Assembly (NCBI GenBank): GCA_964291215.2
Contig: OZ219790.1
Span: 1,120,001-1,184,000, forward strand
Direction: 5' to 3'
Length of the DNA: 64,000 bases
Origin: Alphaproteobacteria bacterium
Lineage (GTDB): Bacteria; Pseudomonadota; Alphaproteobacteria; MPNO01; UBA830
The notes beneath the pieces are model-generated. The model ran no database searches. It saw only the letters and a program-made list of their open reading frames with translations, and was not told the origin of the DNA. This document shows positions 52,971-64,000 of this stretch, one piece after another. The translations under genes and the position numbers were made by a program. Within the stretch, counting starts at the first letter, position 1. Every line of letters starts with the position of its first letter.

Positions 52971-53408
52971 TCAGTCTCCCGGTTCCGAATCCGGCACGCC
53001 GCCGGCGTCTCCTCGGCCGTCGGGGACGACCGCGGTCGTTTCTATTTCGAGCCGGGCCCGGTCCTCCATCAGCGCCACTACCTGGACCGCCGCCATCGCC
53101 GGAAAGTTCCGGCCCATGACCTCGCGCCAGGCAGCACCGATCTCCGGCAAGCGGGCGAGATACTCCTGCTTGTCGACGAAGTACATCGTCATGCGGCAAA
53201 CATGTTCCGGACCGGCACCGCCTTCGTGCAGCACCGCGACCGTGTTGCTCAGAGCGCAACGGAACTGATCGACAAAATCGTCGGTCTCGAACTTCTCCTC
53301 GGCGTTCCAGCCAACCATGCCGGCCACGAACACGAACCGGCCGCACGCCGCAATTCCGTTCGAGTAACCCTTCGGCCTCTTCCAGCCGGGCGGATTGAGA
53401 ATCTGCAT
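52971..53408 (-). CDS. RidA family protein (abm-cluster type)
   Basis: LNPPGWKRPKGYSNG...FPAMAAVQVVAL...EIETTAV. Confidence 0.88.
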   Translation of the reverse strand: MQILNPPGWKRPKGYSNGIAACGRFVFVAGMVGWNAEEKFETDDFVDQFRCALSNTVAVLHEGGAGPEHVCRMTMYFVDKQEYLARLPEIGAAWREVMGRNFPAMAAVQVVALMEDRARLEIETTAVVPDGRGDAGGVPDSEPGD

Positions 53409-53462
53409 GTCCTTCCCCGCGCTCCGCGAAGCCTGCCTGTCTTGCGAATAGCCGTCCAACAG

Positions 53463-53474
53463 TTTAGGCTTAAA
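53463..53474. promoter_or_regulatory. Putative MarR operator in a divergent promoter
   Basis: AT-rich near-palindrome TTTAGGCTTAAA between divergent operons, one encoding MarR. Confidence 0.45.
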
Positions 53475-53497
53475 TCATTATCGTACAAGATGGTTCC

Positions 53498-54334
53498 GTG
53501 ATGACGGATCTCTCCGCCACAGGCACGACCGGCTCAGGCGCAGCCGACGCACGGGATGCGCCGCTCGGGGGACAGCACGCGGTGGTCACGGGCGGAAGCC
53601 GAGGCATCGGCGCCGCAATCGCCGGCCGGCTCGCCGCGCTCGGCGCCAGTCTCACGGTCATCAGCCGCGACCGGCAGGCGCTTCGGCATGTCGTGTCCGA
53701 CCTCTCCGGCAGGTTCGGCATCCCGGTCGGGCCTGAACCGGCCGACGTCACGCGGCCTGATCAGGTCAGGGCGGCCATGGAGGCCGCAGCCGGATCGCGG
53801 GGCCCGATCTCGATTCTGGTCAACAACGCCGGCACCGGCAAGAGCGCGCCGTTTCGACGTACCTCACGCGCGTTGTGGGACGAGATGCTCGAACTCAACC
53901 TGACCAGCGCCTACATGTGCACCCACGAGGTGCTTCCGGGCATGATCGAGGCCGGTTTCGGCCGGATCATCAACATCGCTTCCACGGCCGGCCTCAAGGG
54001 CTATCCTTACGTCACAGCCTACTGCGCTGCCAAGCACGGCATGATCGGCCTCACGCGCGCACTCGCGCTCGAGACGGCGCGGCAGAACGTCACGGTCAAT
54101 GCCGTCTGTCCCGGCTATACCGAGACCGAGCTGACCACGCGGACGATCGACAACATCGTGTCCAGGACCGGGCGAAGCGCCGACGACGCCATGGCCGAGC
54201 TCGCCGCGCTCAACCCCCAGAAGCGTCTGGTCCAGCCCCGGGAGGTCGCCGAGGCCGTCGCCTGGCTCGCTCTGCCCGGTTCCGCGGCAATCACCGGACA
54301 GGCTGTCGCCGTGGCGGGCGGAGAAGTGATGTAA
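53498..54334 (+). CDS. SDR (3-hydroxyacyl-CoA dehydrogenase-like)
   Basis: TGGSRGIG, NNAG, YCAAKHG. Confidence 0.92.
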   Translation: MMTDLSATGTTGSGAADARDAPLGGQHAVVTGGSRGIGAAIAGRLAALGASLTVISRDRQALRHVVSDLSGRFGIPVGPEPADVTRPDQVRAAMEAAAGSRGPISILVNNAGTGKSAPFRRTSRALWDEMLELNLTSAYMCTHEVLPGMIEAGFGRIINIASTAGLKGYPYVTAYCAAKHGMIGLTRALALETARQNVTVNAVCPGYTETELTTRTIDNIVSRTGRSADDAMAELAALNPQKRLVQPREVAEAVAWLALPGSAAITGQAVAVAGGEVM

Positions 54335-54861
54335 TGGACCGGAGCAACGCCCGCGCAGACGACATGCGCACGGACTGTGAATTCGGCGTCTGCCACAGCG
54401 ACCACATGGAATTGCGCGTCTGGCTGAGACTGTTGGCCTGCACGAATCTTCTCGATCACGAACTCAGGCAAAGGCTGACGCGGACCGCCGGAACCACCCT
54501 CCCCCGCTTCGACGTACTCGCACAGCTCGACCGCCATCGCGCGCCGGTGTCCATGGGCGAACTCTCGCAGCGCCTGATGGTCTCCAAGGGCAACGTCACC
54601 GGCCTGATCGACCGTCTGGCTCGTGACGGGCTGGTGGCGCGCAGCCGGTCCCCCGAGGACCGGCGTTTTCAGATGGTCGAGCTGACGGCCGCAGGCAAGG
54701 CGTTCTTTGCGAGGATCGCCGACGAACACCGCCAATGGGTGACAGAGATGATGGGCAGGCTGTCCCCGGACGAAATGGCGGCACTCTACACGCTGCTGGC
54801 GGGTCTCAAGAATTCGGTGCTTGCCAACATCAGCGAACAGACACCGGAGAAGGTTGAATGA
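54334..54861 (+). CDS. MarR family regulator
   Basis: [42 protein letters not shown]. Confidence 0.92.
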   Translation: MDRSNARADDMRTDCEFGVCHSDHMELRVWLRLLACTNLLDHELRQRLTRTAGTTLPRFDVLAQLDRHRAPVSMGELSQRLMVSKGNVTGLIDRLARDGLVARSRSPEDRRFQMVELTAAGKAFFARIADEHRQWVTEMMGRLSPDEMAALYTLLAGLKNSVLANISEQTPEKVE

Positions 54862-55676
54862 ACAAACCGACGACCGCGGCAATCTCCCCACAGCACTTTG
54901 ACTGGCTAGTGGACGGAGCGGTCGCAACTATCACGCTGAACCGCCCGGAGCGCAAGAATCCGCTGACGTTCCACTCCTATGCGGAACTACGCGACACCTT
55001 CGCCGCGCTTCGCCATGTCGATGACATCAACGCAGTCGTGATCACCGGCGCCGGCGGGAATTTCTGCTCCGGCGGCGACGTGCACAACATCATCGGCCCT
55101 CTCGTCGAGATGAACATGAAGGATCTCCTGCGCTTCACCGAGATGACCGGAGATGTGGTGCGCGCCATGCGCGCCTGTCCGCAACCGGTGATCGCCGCCG
55201 TCGAAGGGGTCTGCGCCGGCGCCGGAGCGATACTGGCGATGGCTTCCGACCTGCGCTACGGAACCGCTGAATCGAAGACCGCGTTCCTGTTCACCCGCGT
55301 CGGTCTCGCTGGCTGCGACATGGGCGCCTGCGCCATCCTGCCCCGCATCATCGGCCAGGGCAGAGCATCCGAACTGCTCTATACCGGACGTTCGATGAGC
55401 GGCGAGGAGGGGCTGCAGTGGGGCTTCTTCAATGCCCTCTGCGATCCCGGGAAAACGCTTGAGACGGCCAGGGAACAGGCGGCGCGGCTGGCGAAAGGCC
55501 CGACATTCGCGCACGGCATAACCAAACGCCAGCTCCACATGGAGTGGAACATGAGCATCGACGACGCGATCACCGCCGAAGCCGAGGCGCAGGCCATCTG
55601 CATGCAGACCGAGGACTTCCGGCGCGCCTACCAGGCGTTCATCAACCGGGCAAGACCCGAATTCGAGGGAAACTGA
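54858..55676 (+). CDS. Enoyl-CoA hydratase family protein
   Basis: [28 protein letters not shown]. Confidence 0.92.
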   Translation: MNKPTTAAISPQHFDWLVDGAVATITLNRPERKNPLTFHSYAELRDTFAALRHVDDINAVVITGAGGNFCSGGDVHNIIGPLVEMNMKDLLRFTEMTGDVVRAMRACPQPVIAAVEGVCAGAGAILAMASDLRYGTAESKTAFLFTRVGLAGCDMGACAILPRIIGQGRASELLYTGRSMSGEEGLQWGFFNALCDPGKTLETAREQAARLAKGPTFAHGITKRQLHMEWNMSIDDAITAEAEAQAICMQTEDFRRAYQAFINRARPEFEGN

Positions 55677-55678
55677 CA

Positions 55679-56887
55679 GTGTCCGACCAGAGCTATCTCG
55701 AGTGGCCGTTCCTGGAGGACTCGCACCGGGCGCTGGCCCGCGACATCCGCACCTGGGCCGAACGCGAGATTGCGCCACTGGCCGAGGAGGAACCGGTTGA
55801 CCGGGCTGGCCTCGATGCGCAGATGAGGGAGCTGGTCGACCGCCTCGCAGCGGGCGGCTGGCTGCAATACACGGTGCCGGCGCCGTGGGGCGGGCGGACG
55901 CGAACGCTCGATGTGCGGGCCTTGTGCCTGATCCGCGAGACGCTGGCCTTCCATTCGGGCCTCGCCGACCTCGCCTTCGTCATGCAGGGACTGGGGACGG
56001 GCCCGATTTCGCTGTTCGGTTCCGAAGACATGCGGCACCGGTACCTGCCGGACGTTGCCGCCGGCAGACGCATCGCCGCCTTCGCACTCTCGGAGCCACA
56101 GTCGGGATCCGATGTCGCCGCCATGACGACCGCCGCACGACAGGACGGTGATAACTATGTGATCGACGGCGAAAAGACGCTGATCTCGAACGGCGGGCTG
56201 GCGGATCAGTACGTGGTGTTCGCGCGTACCGGAGAGGCGCCGGGGGCGCGCGGCCTGTCGGCGTTCGTGGTCGATGCCGATGCGCAGGGTTTTTCGGTCA
56301 TCGAACATTTCGACATCATCGCGCCGCATCCGCTGGCGAGGCTCGGATTCGAGAACTGCCGCGTCCCCGCATCGCAGATGCTCGGCAAACCCGGCGACGG
56401 CTTCAAAGTGGCCATGGCCTCTCTGGACGTGTTCCGCCCGACCGTTGGCGGCGCAGCGCTCGGCTTCGCCCGGCGCGCCTGCGACGAGGCGCTGGCCCAT
56501 GCGCAGGCCCGCCAGTCGTTCGGGAAGCCGCTGGCCGAACACCAGCTGATCCAGGCCAAGATCGCGGACATGGCTCTCCAGATCGATGCCGCCGCCCTCC
56601 TCGTCTGCCGCGCGGCCTGGGCGCGGGACACTCGTCCCGGCCGGGTGACCCGCGAAGCGGCGATGGCAAAGCTCTATGCCACCGAGAGTGCGCAGGAGGT
56701 TGTGGACGAAGCCGTCCAGATCTTCGGCGGCATGGGGGTCGTGGTCGGCTCGACCGTCGAACGTCTCTATCGCGAGGTTCGCGCACTGCGCATATACGAG
56801 GGTGCAAGCGAGATCCAGCGCCTGATCATAGCGGGTCAGGCGCTGGCTGAAGCCCGCGCCGAAATCGAGGCCGAAGCGGCCGAATGA
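55679..56887 (+). CDS. Acyl-CoA dehydrogenase
   Basis: [28 protein letters not shown]; GTG start. Confidence 0.93.
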   Translation: MSDQSYLEWPFLEDSHRALARDIRTWAEREIAPLAEEEPVDRAGLDAQMRELVDRLAAGGWLQYTVPAPWGGRTRTLDVRALCLIRETLAFHSGLADLAFVMQGLGTGPISLFGSEDMRHRYLPDVAAGRRIAAFALSEPQSGSDVAAMTTAARQDGDNYVIDGEKTLISNGGLADQYVVFARTGEAPGARGLSAFVVDADAQGFSVIEHFDIIAPHPLARLGFENCRVPASQMLGKPGDGFKVAMASLDVFRPTVGGAALGFARRACDEALAHAQARQSFGKPLAEHQLIQAKIADMALQIDAAALLVCRAAWARDTRPGRVTREAAMAKLYATESAQEVVDEAVQIFGGMGVVVGSTVERLYREVRALRIYEGASEIQRLIIAGQALAEARAEIEAEAAE

Positions 56888-56905
56888 AGCCTTCGGAGAA
56901 AAGAC

Positions 56906-58579
56906 ATGCCAGGACGCCTGCCGGGAGGACCTAGCGCCCACATCGACCGGTTCGCGGCCGAACACCTGCCGCCGCGCGAACAGTGGCCGGTGATGGACTA
57001 TGGCTCGCTGCCGGTCCTCCGCGCCTATCCGGATCGCATCAATGCCGGCGTCGAACTGCTCGACCGCCAGTGCGAAACGGGCCACGCCGCAAGCCCGGTG
57101 CTGCATTACGGGGAAACGACTTGGAGCTATGGTCAGCTCCGGGACATCTCGGATCGCATTGCCACCGTGCTGGTCGGGGACCTCGGCCTCGTGCCGGGCA
57201 ACCGGGTTCTGCTCCGTGCCGCCAACAATCCGATGCTGGTCGCCTGCTGGTGCGCAGTATTGAAGGCGGGCGGAATATGCGTCACTACCATGCAGCTCCT
57301 GCGCGCGCGCGAACTCGGCTACATCGTGGAAAAGGCCGAGGTAACCCACGCGCTTTCCGATCTCACGCTGGCCGACGCGCTCGAGGAGACACGGTCGCAC
57401 CAGCCGGAGCTTGCGCATGTTCTGTATTTTTCGGCGTTGGGCGACAGCACCGATGGCGACGCGACGCTGGACCAAGCCGTAGCCGGCGCCCGCGGCGGCT
57501 TCCGGTCCTGCGACACCGCGGCCGACGATACCGCCCTGATTGCATTTACCTCGGGCACCACCGGCCAGCCCAAGGCAACGATGCATTTCCACCGCGACGT
57601 CATGGCGATGTGCGATTGCTTTCCGAGGTCCTTTCGGATGTCGGAGCCGCATGACGTCTTTGCCGGCACACCGCCGCTTGCCTTCACGTTCGGACTTGGC
57701 GGCCTGACATGCTTTCCGATGCGGTTTGGCGCCTCGACCCGGTTTTTCCCGGGCCCGGTCGGCCCTGACGATCTTCTCCAGGCGGTGCAACGGTACCGAC
57801 TGACCAGCCTCTATACCGCTCCGACGATGTACCGGCAGCTCGCTGACCTCGCCGACGGCTACGACATTTCCAGCCTTGAGAAATGTGTCTCCGCCGGCGA
57901 GACCCTGCCGAAGGCAACATGGGAGGCGTTTCACGACGCTACCGGCATACCGGTCGTCGACGGACTCGGTTCCACCGAGATGATCCATATTTTTATCTCC
58001 GCCGCCCCCGCCGACATGCGTCCGGGATTCACCGGCAAGGCAATACCCGGATACCGGGCTCGGATCGTCGACGACAGCGGGGCCGAGCTGCCACCCGGAG
58101 AGCCAGGAATGCTCGCCGTTCAGGGACCGACCGGCTGCCGCTACCTTGCCGACGAGCGCCAGTCCTCTTACGTGCGCAACGGCTGGAACTACCCCGGCGA
58201 CATATACGAGATGAGCGAAGACGGATATTTCCGCTACGTCGCGCGCGCCGACGACATGATCATCTCTGCCGGCTACAACATTTCGGGGCCGGAGGTGGAG
58301 AACGCACTGCTCGACCATGATGCGGTCGCGGAGTGCGCCGTGATCGCCAAGCCGGATCCCGAGCGCACCAGCATAGTCAAGGCCTTCGTTGTGCTGCGAG
58401 AGGGCTTCGCCGCCGGCCCGGCGATGGATCAGACGCTGAAGGATTATGTCAAGAACGAAATCGCGCCCTACAAGTATCCGCGCGAGATCGAATTCGTCGG
58501 CGAACTTCCCAAGACCGAAACCGGCAAGCTGCAACGCTTCCGGCTGCGCGAACACGAACGCGGGGGGCACGCGCCGTAG
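56906..58579 (+). CDS. abmG: 2-aminobenzoate-CoA ligase-like AMP-binding enzyme
   Basis: SAHIDRFA..HLPP, FTSGTTGQPKATMHFHRD, GSTEM.HIF, PYKYPR, TGK. Confidence 0.85.
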   Translation: MPGRLPGGPSAHIDRFAAEHLPPREQWPVMDYGSLPVLRAYPDRINAGVELLDRQCETGHAASPVLHYGETTWSYGQLRDISDRIATVLVGDLGLVPGNRVLLRAANNPMLVACWCAVLKAGGICVTTMQLLRARELGYIVEKAEVTHALSDLTLADALEETRSHQPELAHVLYFSALGDSTDGDATLDQAVAGARGGFRSCDTAADDTALIAFTSGTTGQPKATMHFHRDVMAMCDCFPRSFRMSEPHDVFAGTPPLAFTFGLGGLTCFPMRFGASTRFFPGPVGPDDLLQAVQRYRLTSLYTAPTMYRQLADLADGYDISSLEKCVSAGETLPKATWEAFHDATGIPVVDGLGSTEMIHIFISAAPADMRPGFTGKAIPGYRARIVDDSGAELPPGEPGMLAVQGPTGCRYLADERQSSYVRNGWNYPGDIYEMSEDGYFRYVARADDMIISAGYNISGPEVENALLDHDAVAECAVIAKPDPERTSIVKAFVVLREGFAAGPAMDQTLKDYVKNEIAPYKYPREIEFVGELPKTETGKLQRFRLREHERGGHAP

Positions 58580-58634
58580 CGCGGCAGCCCCGAATCACCC
58601 TTCTCCGAAACAGCCGCTTGCCCGGAATGCCCGC

Positions 58635-59333
58635 TCAGGCCGTGATCTCATAGGCAACCGTCCGACGCGCAAAACCGTCGAAGAGGTCGAGCATGCGTTC
58701 GCGCCAGGCAAAAACCGGATCGTCCGCGTCGAGGAGCTTGAAGGGACTGACGACCCGCGCCCACTGAAACTGGGAAAAGACGACATAGTCGGCGTAACCG
58801 GGCACCTCTCCGCACACATAGGCCTGCCCCTTCCGGAAGGAAGTCCGGATGGGGTCGAGTGTTCGATAGAGGTTCTTGACCCGGGCCTCTCGCTCTTCCT
58901 GCACCTCTTCAAGCGTGCGCCCGAACATTCTCTCCATGGTCTCGCGGAAATACTTCCGGTCATCGGGATGGGCGGCATCGAGGACATCGCGCACGATCAG
59001 CGGACCGAACGCCACGTTGACCGCACGGTCGCACCACGAATTGATCACGCGGGTCAGGCCAAAGCCGATCTCGCCGCCGAACAACGACGGCGCGTCAGGA
59101 TACGCGGTTTCCAGATACACGGCTATGTCCCATGAATCGGTGTGAACCGCCTCGCCATCAACCATGACCGGAACGCTGCTCGAGTTGGCGAAGGCGATGG
59201 ATTCCTTGTCGGTCAGCCGGATAGGCGTGATCTCGAATTTCAATCCCTTGTGCTTCAGCGCCATCCTGGCACGCCAGGAAAACTGGCTGTAGCGGCGATC
59301 TTCGGCACCTAGCAGTTCAAATAGCTGGATCAT
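58635..59333 (-). CDS. Glutathione S-transferase, LigE/beta-etherase-like
   Basis: YSQFSWRARMALKHKG, VPV, DSWDIAVYLE..YPDAPSLF, YADY. Confidence 0.8.
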   Translation of the reverse strand: MIQLFELLGAEDRRYSQFSWRARMALKHKGLKFEITPIRLTDKESIAFANSSSVPVMVDGEAVHTDSWDIAVYLETAYPDAPSLFGGEIGFGLTRVINSWCDRAVNVAFGPLIVRDVLDAAHPDDRKYFRETMERMFGRTLEEVQEEREARVKNLYRTLDPIRTSFRKGQAYVCGEVPGYADYVVFSQFQWARVVSPFKLLDADDPVFAWRERMLDLFDGFARRTVAYEITA

Positions 59334-59951
59334 GGCTCCTCTTCACGGCCGCGGCGGGCATGGCCCGGTCATGGCTGCGGCAGTCATTGGCGGGAAAGCG
59401 TCGGTCAGACGGGCGGCATGAGTTTATCGGCCCGCACCGCCGCATGCAAAGAAAACAGACCCGCCGATCGGCGGCTGGCGCTCCAGCGACACGCGGGACT
59501 CTACCCTTCCAGCGGACCGCAGTCGATGCAGGCGCCGATGGCGAGCGTGACGGCCCTGCTCTCGTTTCCGAACCACGGAGGAATAACGGCGCCGGAGCCG
59601 CCGGCCGGCTCGTCGGACGCGCGCCCGGAAGAAGCGGAATCGGAAGACCCGGTTTTCGCGCCGGAGGAGTTTCTGTCCGGTTCCGTCGCAGCCAGCGGCA
59701 TTCCAAAACGGGTTTTCGCCACATTGCCTGAGGCCGCCGATGGATTCGGCGGCAGTGCCTGCGCGAACGTATCGCGGGTCGAAAGCAAGGGCCGGCCAAG
59801 GCGGGAGTCAAACCCTCGGCATGCGCGCCGGACAGCCCGTCGCGAGACCGTGTCCGTGCCCGACGCGTCGCAGGATCAGGGCGAATCCGGGCGGCGCGAA
59901 CTTGACACCCGCCGACGGTGCATGCATCATCAGACAGGGAGGACAGCAACC

Positions 59952-61493
59952 ATGATCGAAATTCAACGCAGGGACTTTCTTGCAGGGGCCGCCGTTCTCG
60001 GAGCCTCGCTGCCGACATCGCTTCTGTGGTCCAACGAGGCCCGCGCCGCCATTGGCGATACGCTGACCATTGCCTACAACCTTCCGGTTCCGTCGTGGGA
60101 TCCGACAACCGGCACCTCGGCTGTCAACCCGGCCCTCGCCTCGATATACAAGTCGGTCTTCGACCAGTATGTCGACCAAGCTCCCGACCTGAAACAGATT
60201 CCGGGCGTGCTGACCGAGTGGTCCTTCAACGCGGACAACACCGGCATCCGCCTCAGGGTCGGCAAGGGACGCCGCTGGGCCGACGGAAAGCCGATCACCG
60301 CCGCGGACATCGTCTGGAACCTCAAGCGCCTCGGTGATCCCAAGACCGGCAACCCGATCCAGTTCATCTGGGGCAGCCTGAAGAATTTCAAGGTCGACGG
60401 CGACGTGATCACCGCCGATCTGGAACCGTACCGGGCGACGATACTGGGCTGGATGAGCTTCCTTGGCGCCTACCTGCTGCCGCCGCACTATTTCGAGAAG
60501 GTCGGCAAGGCGGGTTTCGAGAAGGCGCCGATGGGCTCGGGACCCTACCAGCTCGAGAAATACTCGCGCGGATCATTCGCGCGGCTCAAGCGGAACCCGA
60601 ACTACTGGGGCCCGAAACCGGTTTTCGAGACCGTCATCTTCAAGTTCGTTACCGACGTCTCGAGCCGGGTGTCCGAGATCGAGAGCGGCTCGTCCGACCT
60701 CACGCTCGATCTTCCGCACGAACAGTTCGACAGGCTTCGCGCCAAGCCCGGACTCGCCGGCGTCGTGCATCCGGTAAGCGACATCGCGATGATCTTCATT
60801 AACGATATCGGCCCCATGCTCGATGCCAACGTGCGCCGGGCGGCAGTACATGCGATCGACAAGCAGGCCATCGTCGACCGCCTCATGGGCGGGTACGCAA
60901 CACCGATCGACACCCTGCTGACGCCGAACTATGTCGGCTACAACGCGGGGATCAAGACGCCCCACGATCCGGAACTCGCGAAGAAACTGCTGGCCGAGAG
61001 CGGCTTTTCGCGCGAAAAGCCGGTCCGGTTCAAGATCCAGACCACGCGCGGCTACAAGCCCAAGGACTACGAAACGGTCCAGGCGATCGTGGGCATGTGG
61101 CGGCGGGTCGGCATCGAGGCCGAGATCGAGGTCTACGAGATCGCCAAGCACTTCCAGCTCCGGGCGCAGGACAAGCTCGCGCCGGCGGCCTATTACAGCT
61201 GGGGCAATTCGTCAGCCGACCCCGAGAGTTCGACCGGCCACGCGATGTTCGGACCGAGCCCCCATTCCGTGTGGGACGGAAAGACGCTGACGGCGATGAT
61301 CGGCAAGCTGTTCCTGGAGCGCGACTACGACAAGCGCATCAAGGGCTATGACGAGGCCAACCGCTACATCGCGGAGAAAGCCCTGGTGCTGCCGTTGTGG
61401 CAGTTCCACCAGCCGGTGGTTCACAAGGCCGAACTGAAGTTCTCGCCGCATGTCGCGAATTTCGTCCTGCCGGCAGCGATGGGCCGGAAGTAA
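59952..61493 (+). CDS. ABC transporter substrate-binding protein (family 5) with Tat signal
   Basis: QRRDFL; DG.PITAADI; PMGSGPY. Confidence 0.92.
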   Translation: MIEIQRRDFLAGAAVLGASLPTSLLWSNEARAAIGDTLTIAYNLPVPSWDPTTGTSAVNPALASIYKSVFDQYVDQAPDLKQIPGVLTEWSFNADNTGIRLRVGKGRRWADGKPITAADIVWNLKRLGDPKTGNPIQFIWGSLKNFKVDGDVITADLEPYRATILGWMSFLGAYLLPPHYFEKVGKAGFEKAPMGSGPYQLEKYSRGSFARLKRNPNYWGPKPVFETVIFKFVTDVSSRVSEIESGSSDLTLDLPHEQFDRLRAKPGLAGVVHPVSDIAMIFINDIGPMLDANVRRAAVHAIDKQAIVDRLMGGYATPIDTLLTPNYVGYNAGIKTPHDPELAKKLLAESGFSREKPVRFKIQTTRGYKPKDYETVQAIVGMWRRVGIEAEIEVYEIAKHFQLRAQDKLAPAAYYSWGNSSADPESSTGHAMFGPSPHSVWDGKTLTAMIGKLFLERDYDKRIKGYDEANRYIAEKALVLPLWQFHQPVVHKAELKFSPHVANFVLPAAMGRK

Positions 61494-61566
61494 GTCTGGC
61501 GGCACGAGGAACCCGCAGCGAGCCCCGTAACCCGCGCCCGGCCGCCGCCGGACGCGGGAACCGGCA

Positions 61567-62574
61567 ATGCCCGCAAAATATGTCCTGAAACGGCTGCTGT
61601 TCGCGGTGCCGACCTTGGTCGGCGTTGCGGTGATCGTGTTCGTGCTCCTCCGGGTCGTTCCCGGCGACCCGGTATCGATGATGATCGGGCCCGAGGCAAC
61701 GACGGCCGACATCGAGAGGCTGCGCGGCTTCTACGGCCTCGACCGGCCGATCCTCGACCAGTTCCTGATCTATCTCGGCAACGCGGCGGCCGGGGACTTC
61801 GGCATCTCGATCAGCTTCAAGCAGGACGTGACGGCGCTGATCCTGACCCACCTGCCGCCGACCCTCGAGCTCGTCGCCTTCGCGATCGCCGTCGGCATCG
61901 CGCTCGGCGTCGCGCTCGGCTGCGCCGCCGTGTACTGGCGCGGGCGGTGGCCCGAGATGGCGGTCGACGGGCTGAACGGGATCGCGGTCGCGATTCCCGA
62001 TTTCCTGTGGGCGCTGCTGCTCATCCTCTTTTTCGGCGTCCTGATCCCGGTGCTTCCGGTTTCCGGCCGCATCGATCCGGCGCTCGCAGTCGACTTCGAG
62101 ACCGGATTTTTCCTCGCCGAGAGCGTCCTCCGCGGCAACGGAGAAGTCCTGGCGACGCTGTTGCGGCACCTCCTGCTGCCTGGCCTCGCGCTGGCGCTTC
62201 CGCTCACCGCCGTCGTCGCCCGGGTCCTCAAGACCTCTCTCATCGAGGCCATGGCGCAGGACTACATTCTCCTCGCCCGGGTGAAGGGTTTCGGCCGTGC
62301 CCGAACCCTGCTGCGCCACGCGCTTCCCAACGCGCTGATTCCGACGGTGACCCTGAGCGGCGTACAATTCATGTTCCTGACCGGCGGCACCGTCCTGATT
62401 GAGCTGATCTTCTCCTACCCCGGCATCGGCAATCTGGCAGTAAGCGCGGTGATCAACCGCGACCTGCCGCTGATCCAGGGAATCACGCTCACGTTCGCGG
62501 TCCTGTTCGTCCTCCTCAACCTGCTGATCGACCTCACCTATACGCTCATGAACCCCCGCGTGCGCCATGGTTAG
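61567..62574 (+). CDS. ABC permease (DppB-like)
   Basis: PGDP, ARVKG..RHALPNA, IFSYPGIG, RDLPLIQG. Confidence 0.93.
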   Translation: MPAKYVLKRLLFAVPTLVGVAVIVFVLLRVVPGDPVSMMIGPEATTADIERLRGFYGLDRPILDQFLIYLGNAAAGDFGISISFKQDVTALILTHLPPTLELVAFAIAVGIALGVALGCAAVYWRGRWPEMAVDGLNGIAVAIPDFLWALLLILFFGVLIPVLPVSGRIDPALAVDFETGFFLAESVLRGNGEVLATLLRHLLLPGLALALPLTAVVARVLKTSLIEAMAQDYILLARVKGFGRARTLLRHALPNALIPTVTLSGVQFMFLTGGTVLIELIFSYPGIGNLAVSAVINRDLPLIQGITLTFAVLFVLLNLLIDLTYTLMNPRVRHG

Positions 62575-63394
62575 GCCGAACCCGCGCCTGGCTTTCGGCC
62601 TCGCCGTCATCGCGATGCTGGTCGTCAGCGCGCTGTTCGCGCCCGCGCTGGCGCCGCGGGATCCGCTCGACCAGGAACTCATGGCGCAGTACCTGCCGCC
62701 ATTCTGGTCGGCGTCGGCAGATGCCGGTCATCTCCTGGGGACCGACTCGCTCGGGCGCGACGTGCTGTCCCGGCTCATCCACGGCGCCCGGCCCGCGGTC
62801 ATCGTCGCCGCGTTCGGCGCGTTCTTCGCCGCCGCCATCGGCATTTCACTCGGGCTGTTCTCGGGCTTCTACGGAGGCTGGGTGGACGCGCTGATCTCGA
62901 GAACGGTCGAAATATTCATGTCGTTTCCACCAGTGCTGCTCGCGATCATCCTGGTCGCGGTGATCGGCTCCGGGCTGCACGCCGTCGTCATCGCCATCGT
63001 CGTCATCGACTGGACGCGTTTCTGCCGCGTCGTGCGCGCCGAGACTCTGGTGCTGCGCGAGCACGACTTCATCGCGTCCGCCGTAGCGGCGGGAAAGAGC
63101 CGAAGACGTATCCTGCTCGGCGAGATCCTGCCCAACGTGGCGCCGCTGATGCTCGTGCTGTTCGCGCTTGAAATGGGCATCGCGATCGTCGTCGAGGCAA
63201 TCCTGAGCTTTGTCGGCTTCTCGTCCTCGAACATCGCCACGTGGGGCGGCATGATCGCCGAGGGCCGCGAATACCTCCATCAGGCCTGGTGGGTGATGGC
63301 GCTGCCCATCGCGTGCCTCATCGTTTCCGTCTTCGGCCTCAACTGCTTGGGCGACGGGCTCCGCCAGGCCTTCGATCCGGTGATGCGCAAATGA
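62567..63394 (+). CDS. ABC permease (DppC-like)
   Basis: LGTDSLGRDVLSR, EAILSF, NCLGDGLR..DP. Confidence 0.93.
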   Translation: MVRPNPRLAFGLAVIAMLVVSALFAPALAPRDPLDQELMAQYLPPFWSASADAGHLLGTDSLGRDVLSRLIHGARPAVIVAAFGAFFAAAIGISLGLFSGFYGGWVDALISRTVEIFMSFPPVLLAIILVAVIGSGLHAVVIAIVVIDWTRFCRVVRAETLVLREHDFIASAVAAGKSRRRILLGEILPNVAPLMLVLFALEMGIAIVVEAILSFVGFSSSNIATWGGMIAEGREYLHQAWWVMALPIACLIVSVFGLNCLGDGLRQAFDPVMRK

Positions 63395-64000
63395 CCGCGG
63401 CCCCGATCCTGTCCGTCGAGAATCTGCACGCCGAAATCGTCGAGGGCCGGACCCCCGCGCCGGTGCTGCGGGACGTGACGCTTCGGATCGAGCAGGGCCG
63501 GGTGCACGGCCTGGTCGGAGAATCGGGGGCGGGAAAGACGATGGTCGGCAAGGCCGTCCTCGGCATCCTGCCACGATCCGTCCTAGTGACCGGAGGGACG
63601 GTACGGTTCCGCGGGAATCCGCTTTTCGGTCCAGGCGCGGTATCGGGCACGGGGTTACTGGGCCGCCGGATTTCCATGGTGTTGCAGGATCCCATGACGG
63701 CGCTCAACCCGGTTCTCCGCATCGAGGCGCAGATCTGCGATGTGCTGCGAAGGCATCTCGGCCTGTCCCGCCGCACCGCGCGGACGCGAGCGCTGGAACT
63801 CCTGGACGCCGTCCATATCCGCGAACCCGGCCGCGTCCTCAAGCAGTACCCTCACGAGCTGTCGGGCGGAATGCGCCAGCGCGTCATCATCGCGGTTGCC
63901 TTCGCCTGCGATCCGGACCTGGTCGTTGCGGACGAGCCGACGACCGCCCTAGACGTGACCGTGCAGAAGCAGATCCTGCAGCTGATAAAGGAACAGCAGG
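63391..64000 (+). CDS. ABC ATPase (DppD-like), runs off the window
   Basis: GESGAGKT Walker A; [12 protein letters not shown]; [10 protein letters not shown]. Confidence 0.92.
   Translation, partial: MTAAPILSVENLHAEIVEGRTPAPVLRDVTLRIEQGRVHGLVGESGAGKTMVGKAVLGILPRSVLVTGGTVRFRGNPLFGPGAVSGTGLLGRRISMVLQDPMTALNPVLRIEAQICDVLRRHLGLSRRTARTRALELLDAVHIREPGRVLKQYPHELSGGMRQRVIIAVAFACDPDLVVADEPTTALDVTVQKQILQLIKEQQ

Noticed and set aside
55628-58570. 980-aa minus-strand ORF, and similar long ORFs at 38575..40815 and 30581..31999
   Set aside because: Shadow or alternate frames of clear genes in high-GC DNA. The middle of 38575..40815 is just the shifted MmgE/PrpD frame.
59418-59951. 178-aa N-terminal extension of the ABC binding protein
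   Set aside because: The Tat motif and RBS place the start at 59952

Overview
GC-rich, probably alphaproteobacterial window; a host-associated (e.g. sponge-symbiont-like) lifestyle is an inference. 1-30.4 kb is accessory DNA: a frameshifted autotransporter, two RTX Ca-binding proteins behind a poly-C promoter, a GIY-YIG nuclease, catabolic genes and nested, eroded IS elements (IS256, IS630, ISAzo13, IS3, ISAs1, IS66, IS5, IS30). 30.4-37.6 kb is core: tRNA-Glu, recJ, glpX, hom, aminotransferase. 37.6-64 kb holds aromatic/CoA catabolism (HpaB-like, Rieske dioxygenase, abm-like cluster, ABC transporter), a second ISAs1 and two IS110 copies. Main result: both IS110 copies carry a bridge-RNA-like structure whose target guides differ and each match that copy's own insertion site. 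Also: IS66 copies with a methyltransferase-derived leader peptide, always inserted in other ISs, and pervasive microdeletion of non-functional DNA. All family calls come from motif recognition by eye; no searches were run.
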